From assembly GCA_963775685.1 (NCBI GenBank), contig CAVZJV010000014.1:512001-576000 (forward strand): a stretch of 64,000 nucleotides of DNA. The letters are read 5' to 3'. Every line of letters starts with the position of its first letter. Positions within the stretch are counted from its first letter, which is position 1. Positions 55,734 through 64,000 of the stretch are shown piece after piece. Origin of the DNA: Candidatus Bathyarchaeota archaeon (GTDB lineage Archaea; Thermoproteota; Bathyarchaeia; Bathyarchaeales; Bathycorpusculaceae). The position numbers and the translations under genes are program-made. The notes beneath the pieces are model-generated. The model was not told where the DNA came from, made no database searches, and saw only the letters and a list, made by a program, of their open reading frames with translations.

Positions 55734-56183
55734 ATGGCTGGACTAACCGAGGAAACTCAGGATATATTTGGCAAGGCCGATAGCAAATCCTGCCTAAATG
55801 AAAACACTAGCCTAGACCCATTACAGCCACTGATTTTTGTTCGCTACCGCGACCATGTCCTGTACAATCGTGCCTCTGCTGTTTTGATGCAACCACAGAT
55901 TAGAGAAGCTGTAGGCTGGCTAATCTACGAAGCCGATCAATACATTATTCTTTCCTGGGATAGGGATGCAGACCCACCAACACTTCATGGTGGCGACCCG
56001 AAAGCCTCAGGTCTTGTTCTCCTAAAGTCAGACATTGTTCGATCGATTAAGTTCTATCCGCATCTTCTTCCAAATCTAGAATTGAATTTAAAAAGTAAAC
56101 AATCCATACATGCAGATGAGTCTGCGTTCCGACGACCATCGGAGCGAAAAACTCACTCCTCAAAAGGAGAAAAAACAAAATGA
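55734..56183 (+). CDS. Integrase-associated conserved protein (copy 1)
   Basis: VRYRDHVLY...REAVGWL...GLVLLKSDIV; homologous to 59142-59582; ATGA overlap with the integrase. Confidence 0.8.
   Translation: MAGLTEETQDIFGKADSKSCLNENTSLDPLQPLIFVRYRDHVLYNRASAVLMQPQIREAVGWLIYEADQYIILSWDRDADPPTLHGGDPKASGLVLLKSDIVRSIKFYPHLLPNLELNLKSKQSIHADESAFRRPSERKTHSSKGEKTK
56087..56179 (+). promoter_or_regulatory. Internal TATA box and structured leader of integrase 1
   Basis: TTTAAAAA at 56087; hairpin GAGT-CTG-CGTTCCGA-N6-TCGGAGCG-AAAA-ACTC; CTCCT/AGGAG hairpin over the SD. Confidence 0.6.
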
Positions 56184-57607
56184 TCGAAAAGACCCTTTTA
56201 GCCCCCGCTATAACCCGCAACCATCAACTTTCCCTTGAAGAAATAAAAAGCCTCAACCTCCCCATGACATTCCAAGGCGACCAAGTTGTAATCTACACAA
56301 GCTTAACCGGCTGGAAACTCAAAAAACCCGTAACCATAGAACTCAAAAACATCTTAGATGCTAAAGAAAAAGGCCTCGTCGACTACATCATCAGATCCTG
56401 CCTAAACGACCGCCCCGGCGTAATTGCTTTTTTATTCGAGAACCAAAGCATGCTAAAACTCGCTCGCCACTTTCTACGCCATCTCTCAGGCTCCTACAGA
56501 AGCTGCTTAACCTACTCCGTCAACGTCAAACGATACGCGACTTGGCTAGGCTATACGCCTGACTTAATTATCCAAGACGTCAAACCTGTCGGCGCAATCC
56601 CAGACCCCATAAAAGTACAGAACCACTGTGGATTCCTAAACGACTACCTCGCCGAACTACAAGACGACGACCTCAAACCAGCAGCAGTAAACAACTACAT
56701 CAAAGCTGTCAAAACCTTCTACCACGTAAACGGAATCGACGTCAAACTCACAGAACGCCTATCCCGAAAAGTCGCCTACAAAGACCGAGCCCCAAAACCC
56801 GAAGAAATCACAACCATGCTCGATAAATCAGCTACTCGCGAAGCCTTTATCATTGCAGCCTTAGCAACAGGTGGATTCCGAGAAGGAACATTTTGTAAAC
56901 TAAAATACCGACACGTAAAAGAAGACCTCGAAGCTAACAGAATTCCCATACACATACACGTAGAAGCCGAAATCACCAAAGGAAAATACCACGACTACGA
57001 CACCTTCATCAACACTGAAGCAAGCAACCTGCTGAAAATGTACATCGCCGACAGAAGACGAGGCATCAGATATACTCCGCCAGAAGAAATCACCGACGAC
57101 TCACCTTTAGTTCGAAGTGATCACCAAGCACACAAAGTGGTCGGTATCAGCGAAAAAACGCTGCGAAAAATCGTGCACACAATCGCTGTTGAAGCTGGCG
57201 TCTCAAAGAAACTGCCTGACAGCTGGATGTACAGTGTAAGAACCCATAGCCTGCGAAAATACTTTAGAACCCAGATGAGTGCCTCAAAAATCGATAGCGA
57301 AATCATCAAATATTTCATGGGCAAAACCATCGACACTTATGAAGACGTCCAAAGCCTAGGTATTGAAACCCTAAGAAATCTCTACACATCTGCAGGATTA
57401 GCGATTAGACCGAAAACTCAGACCAATAGAATTGAGCAGTTTAAAGAAATCTTACGCGCCATGGGAGAGAACCCTGAAGAAGTCTTATCTAAGGATGCTT
57501 TGATGCGGGGAAATATAACTGAGCTCCCAGAAATATACCAGAATCATCAGTTATCGATTCTGGCTCAGCAGCTTAAGCAGCTGATTATGAGGGAGGTCAG
57601 GGTTTAG
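56180..57607 (+). CDS. Tyrosine recombinase/integrase 1
   Basis: Motifs GFREGT, HSLRKYFR, FMGK..DTY; SAM-like N-terminal domain. Confidence 0.93.
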   Translation: MIEKTLLAPAITRNHQLSLEEIKSLNLPMTFQGDQVVIYTSLTGWKLKKPVTIELKNILDAKEKGLVDYIIRSCLNDRPGVIAFLFENQSMLKLARHFLRHLSGSYRSCLTYSVNVKRYATWLGYTPDLIIQDVKPVGAIPDPIKVQNHCGFLNDYLAELQDDDLKPAAVNNYIKAVKTFYHVNGIDVKLTERLSRKVAYKDRAPKPEEITTMLDKSATREAFIIAALATGGFREGTFCKLKYRHVKEDLEANRIPIHIHVEAEITKGKYHDYDTFINTEASNLLKMYIADRRRGIRYTPPEEITDDSPLVRSDHQAHKVVGISEKTLRKIVHTIAVEAGVSKKLPDSWMYSVRTHSLRKYFRTQMSASKIDSEIIKYFMGKTIDTYEDVQSLGIETLRNLYTSAGLAIRPKTQTNRIEQFKEILRAMGENPEEVLSKDALMRGNITELPEIYQNHQLSILAQQLKQLIMREVRV

Positions 57608-57702
57608 TGAACGAAAAAACTGGTAGTTTTTTCGCGTTAATATTGGCGCCGCCGAAAGGTTCCGCGGCTTATAAGCTGAACTTATACTAGACTTTTGCGA
57701 AG
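57608..57702. other. Putative recombination/attachment region with a dif-like core TATAA-GCTGAAC-TTATA
   Basis: Inverted repeats at 57612-57634, 57634-57649, 57648-57668 and 57670-57686. Confidence 0.5.
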
Positions 57703-59145
57703 TCACCGTTGATTTGTGACCTCCCTACGTATGATATTCTTAAGTTCCTCGGCTAAGATCGAGAGTTGGTGCGTCTGATTCTGCTCAGAATTAACGGTTA
57801 TGTTTCCTCTGATAAAGGCGTCTTTGCTTAAGATTTCCTCGGGGTTCTCTCCCCAAGCGCGAATTATTTCTTTGAGTTGGTCTATGCGGTTAAGTTTCGT
57901 CTTAGGTCGGATTGCTAAGTTCGCTGCTGCGTACATGTTTCTGAGTGCGTCTATTCCGAGGCTTTGAACGTCTGCGTAGGTGCTAATGGTGTGCCCCATC
58001 ATATACTCGACGATTTCTGATTCGATTTTTGCTGCAAGTAACTGAGATTTGAAGAACTTTCTTAGGCTGTGGGTTCTTACGGTGTACATCCAACTATCTG
58101 CTAGCTTTTTTGCTGTGCCTGTTTCGACAGCTACTTTGTGAACGATTGCTCGTAGCTGTTTTTCGCTTATGGGTTCAACTCTGTTAGCGTAATGAGTGCT
58201 TCTTATGAGCGGTGCGTCGTCGGTGATTACTTCAGGGGGAGTGTATTTTGAGCCGTGGCGTCTTTCTTGGATGTAGAGTTTTAAGAGTTGGCAGGCTTCG
58301 TTGTTTAGGAAAGTGTCGTAGTCGTGGTATTTTCCTTTGGTAATTTCGGTTTCTATATGGACATGAATTGGGACCACGCCTGCTTCTAGGTCTTCTTTGA
58401 CGTGTCGATATTTGAGTTTGCTTAAGGTTCCTTCTCTGAAGGCTGCGATTGCAAAGGCTGCTATGATGAAGCTTTCTCTTGTGTCGGACTTATCTAGCAT
58501 CGCTGCGATTTCTTCGGGTTTTGGCGCTCGGTCTTTATTCTCAACTTTTCTGCTAAGCGGTTGGTCTAACTTGACTGTTTTTGCTCCGTTAACGCGATAA
58601 AAGCTTCTTACGGCTTTCATGCAGTTGCTTATTGCACCGGCTGAAAGTCCTGCATCTTGAAGGTCAGCTAAGTAGTCGTTGATAAAAGCGCAGTGGTTTT
58701 GCACTCGTTGCGGATCGGGGATTGCTCCAACTGGCTTTAGGTCGACGATGATTTCGTCGGGTTTGTATCCGAGCCAAGTTGCGTATTTTTTGACGCCGGC
58801 TGAGTAGTTTCGGCAGCTTGAGAAGGACTTTGAGCAGTTGCGTAGAAAGTGGCGCGCTAGTTTAAGGAGAGTTTTGTTTGCAAAAATATAAGGGATCAGT
58901 GCGGGTTGCTCTCTTATGCAGCCTCTAATAACGTAGTCTACGAGTCCTTTTTCGCCTGCTTCTAAGACGAGGTTTAATTCGATAGCTATGGGTGTTTTGA
59001 GTTTCCAGCCGTTGAGGCTTTTTTCGATTATAACGAGGTTTCCTTGAAACATCAGCGGAAGTCCGAGGCTTTTTAGATCTTCGATGGTTAAATCACGGTT
59101 TCGAGTTATAGCTGGGGCTAACTGTCTAGTCTTATGTTCAATCAA
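57703..59145 (-). CDS. Tyrosine recombinase/integrase 2
   Basis: Motifs AFREGT, HSLRKFFK, MMGH..STY; end-to-end homologue of integrase 1. Confidence 0.93.
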   Translation of the reverse strand: MIEHKTRQLAPAITRNRDLTIEDLKSLGLPLMFQGNLVIIEKSLNGWKLKTPIAIELNLVLEAGEKGLVDYVIRGCIREQPALIPYIFANKTLLKLARHFLRNCSKSFSSCRNYSAGVKKYATWLGYKPDEIIVDLKPVGAIPDPQRVQNHCAFINDYLADLQDAGLSAGAISNCMKAVRSFYRVNGAKTVKLDQPLSRKVENKDRAPKPEEIAAMLDKSDTRESFIIAAFAIAAFREGTLSKLKYRHVKEDLEAGVVPIHVHIETEITKGKYHDYDTFLNNEACQLLKLYIQERRHGSKYTPPEVITDDAPLIRSTHYANRVEPISEKQLRAIVHKVAVETGTAKKLADSWMYTVRTHSLRKFFKSQLLAAKIESEIVEYMMGHTISTYADVQSLGIDALRNMYAAANLAIRPKTKLNRIDQLKEIIRAWGENPEEILSKDAFIRGNITVNSEQNQTHQLSILAEELKNIIRREVTNQR

Positions 59146-59582
59146 TGTTTTTTCGCTCCTTTCTGGATTTTGGAGCTGAGTTTTTCGCTTCTTTGGCTAG
59201 GAGCGCATACTCGATTCTTTAGTAAAGTGGATGGACAATTTAAAACATGCTCAAAATTTAGAAGCGCCATGGAAACAATGCAGCTTTTAATAACCACCAC
59301 GCCGTTAAAACCGCTACGGCACTCTGGAAGAGGCCTATCACACTCGATAAGCATAACATCATCGTTCTCTTCCTTAACCCAGCCTATTGCTTCCCGTATG
59401 ATTGCTTCAGCAGCAGGTGTCTCAACGTTTCTAAAAAACACATGGTCTCTGTACCTAACGTAAACAGCTTTGAGGATTTGGGAGCTATCGCCAGCTGATT
59501 CGCCAAAACATACACCGTTCAGGCTAACTTCATTGGTGCTCTTCATTGAACCTGTAGCGAGATCAGCCATTTCCTCCCACAC
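59142..59582 (-). CDS. Integrase-associated conserved protein (copy 2)
   Basis: VRYRDHVFF...REAIGWV...GVVVIKSCIV. Confidence 0.8.
   Translation of the reverse strand: MWEEMADLATGSMKSTNEVSLNGVCFGESAGDSSQILKAVYVRYRDHVFFRNVETPAAEAIIREAIGWVKEENDDVMLIECDRPLPECRSGFNGVVVIKSCIVSMALLNFEHVLNCPSTLLKNRVCAPSQRSEKLSSKIQKGAKKH
59146..59245 (-). promoter_or_regulatory. Internal TATA box and structured leader of integrase 2
   Basis: TTTTAAAT at 59245-59238; hairpin GAGT-ATG-CGCTCCT-N6-AGAAGCG-AAAA-ACTC; GCTCC/GGAGC pairing over the SD. Confidence 0.6.
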
Positions 59583-59602
59583 CTCTTAATTTTATGGTTA
59601 GT

Positions 59603-59842
59603 TTACTTGTTTGGTTCTGGAATCTTTTCGAAGTTGACAAGTTCCCAGGGAATGTGTGCCACCAGTCCGCATCCGACATAGCGATAGAAACTTTCTGGAT
59701 CAACAAGGCTGGTGTTGCCTGTTTGCATTAAGCGGGGCTTTTGCATTTTTATGTGACATGCGCACGCTTCGCCTAGGCAATCGCTGTTTTCCTGTTGAGG
59801 GTGCGATGCAGCTAAGGGACAAACCTTACGAGGCTCCATCAT
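59603..59842 (-). CDS. Small Cys-rich (putative Zn-binding) protein
   Basis: KVCPL...CLGEACAC...GCGL. Confidence 0.65.
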   Translation of the reverse strand: MMEPRKVCPLAASHPQQENSDCLGEACACHIKMQKPRLMQTGNTSLVDPESFYRYVGCGLVAHIPWELVNFEKIPEPNK

Positions 59843-60051
59843 GGTCTCTCCTTCGCTAATGCTGTTTCCTCAGCCGTATCAAAGGTCACGGCTGGAAATG
59901 GCGCCTTGGGTCGTTTATGGGTTGCCTTGTATGCTTTGAGTCCTTGTTTGAGGATTTCATTTGCGAATGCGCTTCGGGTTGCTAGGTCCCTGTAGGCGTC
60001 TATTTCTTTTAGGACCGCTTGATCGATGGTGAAGGCGACTTTTGCTTTCAT
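59839..60051 (-). CDS. Ribbon-helix-helix protein
   Basis: KVAFTIDQAVLKEID...RSAFANEIL. Confidence 0.8.
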   Translation of the reverse strand: MKAKVAFTIDQAVLKEIDAYRDLATRSAFANEILKQGLKAYKATHKRPKAPFPAVTFDTAEETALAKERP

Positions 60052-60071
60052 TTCTCTTAATTCCCCTCGTG

Positions 60072-60112
60072 GTTAACTTAGTTAACTCCGTTACTATGGG
60101 TAACCTTATAAA
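60072..60112. promoter_or_regulatory. Repeated GTTAAC/GTTAC/GTAAC boxes next to TATA between divergent RHH genes
   Basis: Four boxes at 9-10 bp spacing. Confidence 0.5.
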
Positions 60113-60156
60113 TCTAATCCTACTAATCATACTTCTGTTCACAGGAGAAAAACGGC

Positions 60157-60576
60157 ATGAAAGCGATAAAAATCTCAGACGACATCCACAGCAAACTAAC
60201 CGGTCTACTAGGCGAGCTCACCGCTGAGACTAATAAAATGCAAACTTACCAGGACGCCATAAACGCTCTCCTAGAGCAGTCAGTTATTCTTCCGCCTGAA
60301 GTCATTGCCAAAGTGGAAAACTTCATTGAAGAAAACAAAGATACAGGCTTCACCAACAAAGAGGACTTTGTCCGTGATGCTATACGCTACAGGCTTGAAC
60401 GATTGAAAACCGACAATGAATGCATTGAAGTTTCTCGCGAACAATATAACGAACTCGACGAAGCCCTAAAGGAAATGGGAACACCCTTCCACAGTCCAGA
60501 GCAATTCATACACAGCCAAATATCCGATATCATCTACAAATACGATGAATACAAGAAAAACAAGCAATATCCTTAA
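60157..60576 (+). CDS. Multi-RHH/CopG-like regulator
   Basis: KAIKISDDIHSKL...TYQDAI; VILPPEV...GFTNKEDFVRDAIR. Confidence 0.8.
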   Translation: MKAIKISDDIHSKLTGLLGELTAETNKMQTYQDAINALLEQSVILPPEVIAKVENFIEENKDTGFTNKEDFVRDAIRYRLERLKTDNECIEVSREQYNELDEALKEMGTPFHSPEQFIHSQISDIIYKYDEYKKNKQYP

Positions 60577-60639
60577 TCAAACCACTAGCAGACAAGCCTT
60601 ACAAGAATTGTTTCTAAGGATGAGACAAAGAAGTTGAGG

Positions 60640-60891
60640 TTGATAATTCAGGGTGTCAAAAGCTACATTCACATAAAGGAGGATTATCTGTTGCCGATGC
60701 GGCGGTTAGAATCAGAGACGCTCTCAGAATGGAAACACCTAGCCGTATCATGGAAAATACAAATAAGCAGAGCCCAAACTCCATAGGACAAAGTCAAATG
60801 CGAAAACCTGCTAAGCAGTACCCAAGAGCACATCAAACAATTCATCGAAGCCGGCGTCAAAGAGGTTAAAGAACTCAAGGAATTCGATTGA
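60640..60891 (+). pseudogene. Small helical hypothetical ORF interrupted by one in-frame TAG (60784)
   Basis: Manual translation LIIQGVKS...RAQTP*DKVKC...KEFD. Confidence 0.4.
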
Positions 60892-61028
60892 ATTTGTCTA
60901 TGTTAAAAAAGAAATAGGCACTTTATTTAGATTGAATCGTTAGCTGATGAGGCTGAGCGGCAGATAAAAAAAATGCTTCACAATGATTAATTAATCGAAG
61001 CAATAAACCTTAAGCTACAATGTTGGTA

Positions 61029-62543
61029 CTAGTAGTAAACCTGTGGATACTTCCCTGCGATAGGGTAAGCTGGGTCGTCATAGACAATGTCTAGTTTTGA
61101 GCCGTATTGGGTGAGTCTACTCTGTAGTTGTGTCCAGATTTGCTGGGAAGTACCGTTTGCAGCCCACACACCCCAAACACTATCTTGTGGATTACGCATG
61201 CCCCATCCATAGTTTCTGGGCAAAACAAGGGCTGCTTGAGCTTTAATGCCATCACGGATTACAGTGGTGTTTTGGACTACTTCATTCCAGAAGCGTTCTA
61301 ATGCTTGGAAATGTTCCGCTTGCAGGGTTCCGTATGGTCCTGTCATACTATCTGCATAATTGAATAATACGACATATTGAGCCCCATTTTCGTAGGAAGT
61401 TTTCATGTCTTCGAAAATTTCATTTCCATCCGCAAGATATGGGGCTTGTGTGTATTTCCATGTCAAGATCGTTCCCCAGTTTTTGCTCTGTAGATTTGCT
61501 GCGCCGCGCGCTAAGGCGATTTCTTGGGCAACCGAATTGTTCCAGCCTAACTGTGCAAGAACCATGTCGTATCCGCTCTTATAATCCCACCAGTAAAGAC
61601 CATAATCAGAGGTAAAAATTGGAAAATCCCCTTTGCTTATGTTACATTGATTTCTCAAATTATCTATGGGTCCTTTGGTTTTGGCTATAAAGAGATTTGT
61701 TGCGGCATTGTAATCAGGTATTGGGTTGTCGCTCTTTATTTGCAGGTAAGTTTTTTCTTGAGCTATGATATCTGAGCCATTTTCTATTGTATAGAAATTA
61801 TCTCTCAGTACTTGGTAAGAGTGACCTGCATCATGGTGGCCATAAGGTGAACCGCCTGTATATACTTTATTTATTGTGCTTGTGATCGTTTCTCTTAGAG
61901 TTACTGAGCCGTTTGGCTCATAAGTGGTCATGTTGGTGTTACTTAACGTGTTAGATATCGTTACAGAAGAATTGTTGGGGTCAAGCTCAAGGGAAAAGGT
62001 TTCATTGCTTTTTTTTACTTCAATTTTGCCGTCTGGAAAAAATGCTGTCCAACACCCATTATAATCAGAACAGTTTACGACGCCATCATTTAATTTATTG
62101 ATAAAAATTCCTTGATTCTCACCAAAATAGACGGAGCCATCAAGCATTTTGCCTCCAGGTTCATCTCCCAAATAGACTCCCACGAACATGCCTCCCCATC
62201 GTTGCTTGGCAGTTCCTATCCACTCCGCATTTTCGGCATTACCTATTACGTCAAAGTAAGCCGCAAAGTGTAATCCTTTAGATACCGCATAATCGCCTAT
62301 CTCGTTAACTGCAGAGGCATCATTCTTCAAAAGGCCTGACTGTAGCACAAAGAGGTTTGTGTAATTTGCGACTTTGTCAATTAGGGCTTTGGCGTCTTGT
62401 ATGCTGGTTCCGCCATAGGTTACTCCAGCGTAGAACGGTTGTTGTACTTTATGGTTTTCGATTAGACTTGTGTAGCTGATGAATGTGATCAAGCTTCCGC
62501 AGAGTATGCATATGATGGCTAATGAGAGGATTTTCCGGTTCAT
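61029..62543 (-). CDS. Secreted hypothetical protein, possibly glycoside hydrolase-like
   Basis: Signal peptide; YAGVTYGG, VYLGDEPGG, FTSDYGLYWWDY..GYD, WGTILTW, LPRNYGWGMR. Confidence 0.75.
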   Translation of the reverse strand: MNRKILSLAIICILCGSLITFISYTSLIENHKVQQPFYAGVTYGGTSIQDAKALIDKVANYTNLFVLQSGLLKNDASAVNEIGDYAVSKGLHFAAYFDVIGNAENAEWIGTAKQRWGGMFVGVYLGDEPGGKMLDGSVYFGENQGIFINKLNDGVVNCSDYNGCWTAFFPDGKIEVKKSNETFSLELDPNNSSVTISNTLSNTNMTTYEPNGSVTLRETITSTINKVYTGGSPYGHHDAGHSYQVLRDNFYTIENGSDIIAQEKTYLQIKSDNPIPDYNAATNLFIAKTKGPIDNLRNQCNISKGDFPIFTSDYGLYWWDYKSGYDMVLAQLGWNNSVAQEIALARGAANLQSKNWGTILTWKYTQAPYLADGNEIFEDMKTSYENGAQYVVLFNYADSMTGPYGTLQAEHFQALERFWNEVVQNTTVIRDGIKAQAALVLPRNYGWGMRNPQDSVWGVWAANGTSQQIWTQLQSRLTQYGSKLDIVYDDPAYPIAGKYPQVYY

Positions 62544-62635
62544 GGCAACTCACCTGTTTGAAGTTAAAACATATAAATAAAAAGAACGGTAAAAACGGTC
62601 AGAAAAAAACCGTTTTAGTCCGGGCTGAACAGGTA

Positions 62636-63352
62636 TCAACTGTGCCAGGTTCCAGTTTCAGAAGTCGCACTATGTGTGTAAGTTATATGAGGGTCTTGTC
62701 CAGAGTTCAGGATTGTATCTAAGCTAGCATCGTGCCACATATTACCCCAATCTTGATACTGAATTAAAGATGTAGTTCCAGCTGTAGATGGCGAGGTAGA
62801 CGCGGTCATTCCCCCTACAATATCCTCAAATGTTGTGACATATCTGTCACCATACCAAACTACTCCGTAGTCATATGTACCTGAACCGATATTATACCAA
62901 TTGGTTCCGCCGTCCAAGGAATATCTAAACAACCAAACGGTACTGCTGTTACCATTTCTTCCAGTGCATATCTTTATTTGACTAGAATCAAGATTCGAAA
63001 TTGAAATTGTTGTTGTTAGATCCGGTAGCACCCACTGACCGTTTGCTTGTCTCGCACCCGTAAAGAACAATGTTGAGGTTGAATCAGTTTGATACCAAGT
63101 TAAGTTAACCTCGGCAGTATAATTGTTAGTGCCGCTCGCAACTGCTATAGCGTCCCACTTTTGCATAGAACTACCAGCTTGATGGTGAACTGCTGAAGTC
63201 TCCATTACAGACGAATAGACTCCAGATACTCTATTTTGAAGATGATACCAACCGTAACAGTATGGTGTAGCTGACGCTGAGGAAACCAGCACTGAGGCCA
63301 TGATTATACAAAAGGTTCCTATCAACATACTTTTTTTACTCATTTTTTTCAT
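62636..63352 (-). CDS. Secreted beta-rich hypothetical protein
   Basis: Signal peptide (KK, hydrophobic core, ASA); T/S/W-rich. Confidence 0.7.
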   Translation of the reverse strand: MKKMSKKSMLIGTFCIIMASVLVSSASATPYCYGWYHLQNRVSGVYSSVMETSAVHHQAGSSMQKWDAIAVASGTNNYTAEVNLTWYQTDSTSTLFFTGARQANGQWVLPDLTTTISISNLDSSQIKICTGRNGNSSTVWLFRYSLDGGTNWYNIGSGTYDYGVVWYGDRYVTTFEDIVGGMTASTSPSTAGTTSLIQYQDWGNMWHDASLDTILNSGQDPHITYTHSATSETGTWHS

Positions 63353-63435
63353 TTTTTATTTTCCTCTTGCAAGTTATACTTGCAAGCTATGTCTTACTAA
63401 TCAAGTGATAGTTAATACCATGCACTAGGACAAAG

Positions 63436-63453
63436 TGTACTGAATTTAGTACA
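63436..63453. promoter_or_regulatory. Palindromic operator TGTACT-N6-AGTACA (second copy at 63859-63876)
   Basis: Near-identical palindromes upstream of two consecutive genes. Confidence 0.5.
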
Positions 63454-63492
63454 GACCTCTTGATTTTTAAGACGGCAAAAAATATATGATAC

Positions 63493-63792
63493 TTAGTAAT
63501 TAGCGCACGTTGAGTAAAATGGAATAGTTCTTATCTGTTTTGAGCAAGATTTTTTGATCTTTATCCAATTTATCAGAAAAACTGTTGCAACAATAATGAT
63601 TGCTAAAACAGCGGCTAAGCCTATCCAAAAAATTGCTACTATTATCTGGTTTAGCATTGAAGGTAATGGCATTGGGAGAGGCGTTTGGCTTGACTTGTTA
63701 GGGAAAAGAAGGTAACTTATTTCTAGTAGCAGAAGACTCAATAGTAAAGCGGCAATGGCTGCGAGCAGCATTTTAGTTTTTTGTCCAAACAC
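63493..63792 (-). CDS. Small two-TM membrane protein
   Basis: Two hydrophobic segments with a Pro-rich linker. Confidence 0.5.
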   Translation of the reverse strand: MFGQKTKMLLAAIAALLLSLLLLEISYLLFPNKSSQTPLPMPLPSMLNQIIVAIFWIGLAAVLAIIIVATVFLINWIKIKKSCSKQIRTIPFYSTCANY

Positions 63793-64000
63793 GATGTTTC
63801 CGAGCTATAGGATTTTTTGTCATTTATGAAAGTATAAGGATGTTATTTAACATTATATTGTACTAATTTCCGTACAGTTCTTTCATTATCCCTTAAGCAC
63901 TAAGAATAGTGGAGAGAATAAGAGCACTTAAATGTTAATATACCCTATTCCTTAGGGTAGTGGTGAAGACGGTTAACCGAAAAAGAACCATCTGATATCC

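Larger units (their letters stand above)
54401..60576. mobile_element. Two convergent integrative-element cores (regulator / small DNA-binder / conserved partner / tyrosine integrase)
   Basis: Two paralogous integrases and two paralogous partner genes in mirror order around 57608-57702. Confidence 0.8.

Noticed and set aside
57644-57668. tRNA gene ending in CGGCGGCGCCA on the minus strand
   Set aside because: Only an acceptor-like 3' end; no T-loop, anticodon arm or D arm. Kept only as a possible att fragment.
60784-60786. Pyrrolysine read-through of an in-frame TAG
   Set aside because: A single stop in a small hypothetical ORF; many genes here use TAG as a normal stop and no pyl genes are in the window.

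Overview
Archaeal chromosomal window, most consistent with Bathyarchaeia (inferred from the gene families and the expanded PQQ/Kelch surface proteins). It has four zones. (1) 1-24 kb is core genome: glycogen debranching enzyme, DUF89 phosphatase, tpiA, TrmB-CBS regulator, rnhB, flpA-nop5, aguBA, pyrB, mdh, an ABC exporter and dedA. This zone also holds an unusual HTH + ATP-cone + class III RNR fusion that lacks the catalytic residues. (2) 24-42 kb is AT-rich and gene-poor, with wHTH regulators, surface proteins and several pseudogenes. (3) 42-57.6 kb is an island with TA modules, mobile-element remnants, a Lamassu/ABC-three-component-type defence system and a helicase-nuclease. (4) 54.4-60.6 kb is a mirror-symmetric pair of convergent tyrosine-integrase modules meeting at a 95-bp palindrome-rich spacer with a dif-like core. 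Each integrase is preceded by the same conserved structured leader, hidden inside the upstream ORF. Several single-base frameshifts in otherwise intact genes (pyrB, TrmB-CBS, the Lamassu effector) look like assembly errors. No tRNA, rRNA or CRISPR array was found. All calls come from reading motifs by eye; no database searches were run.
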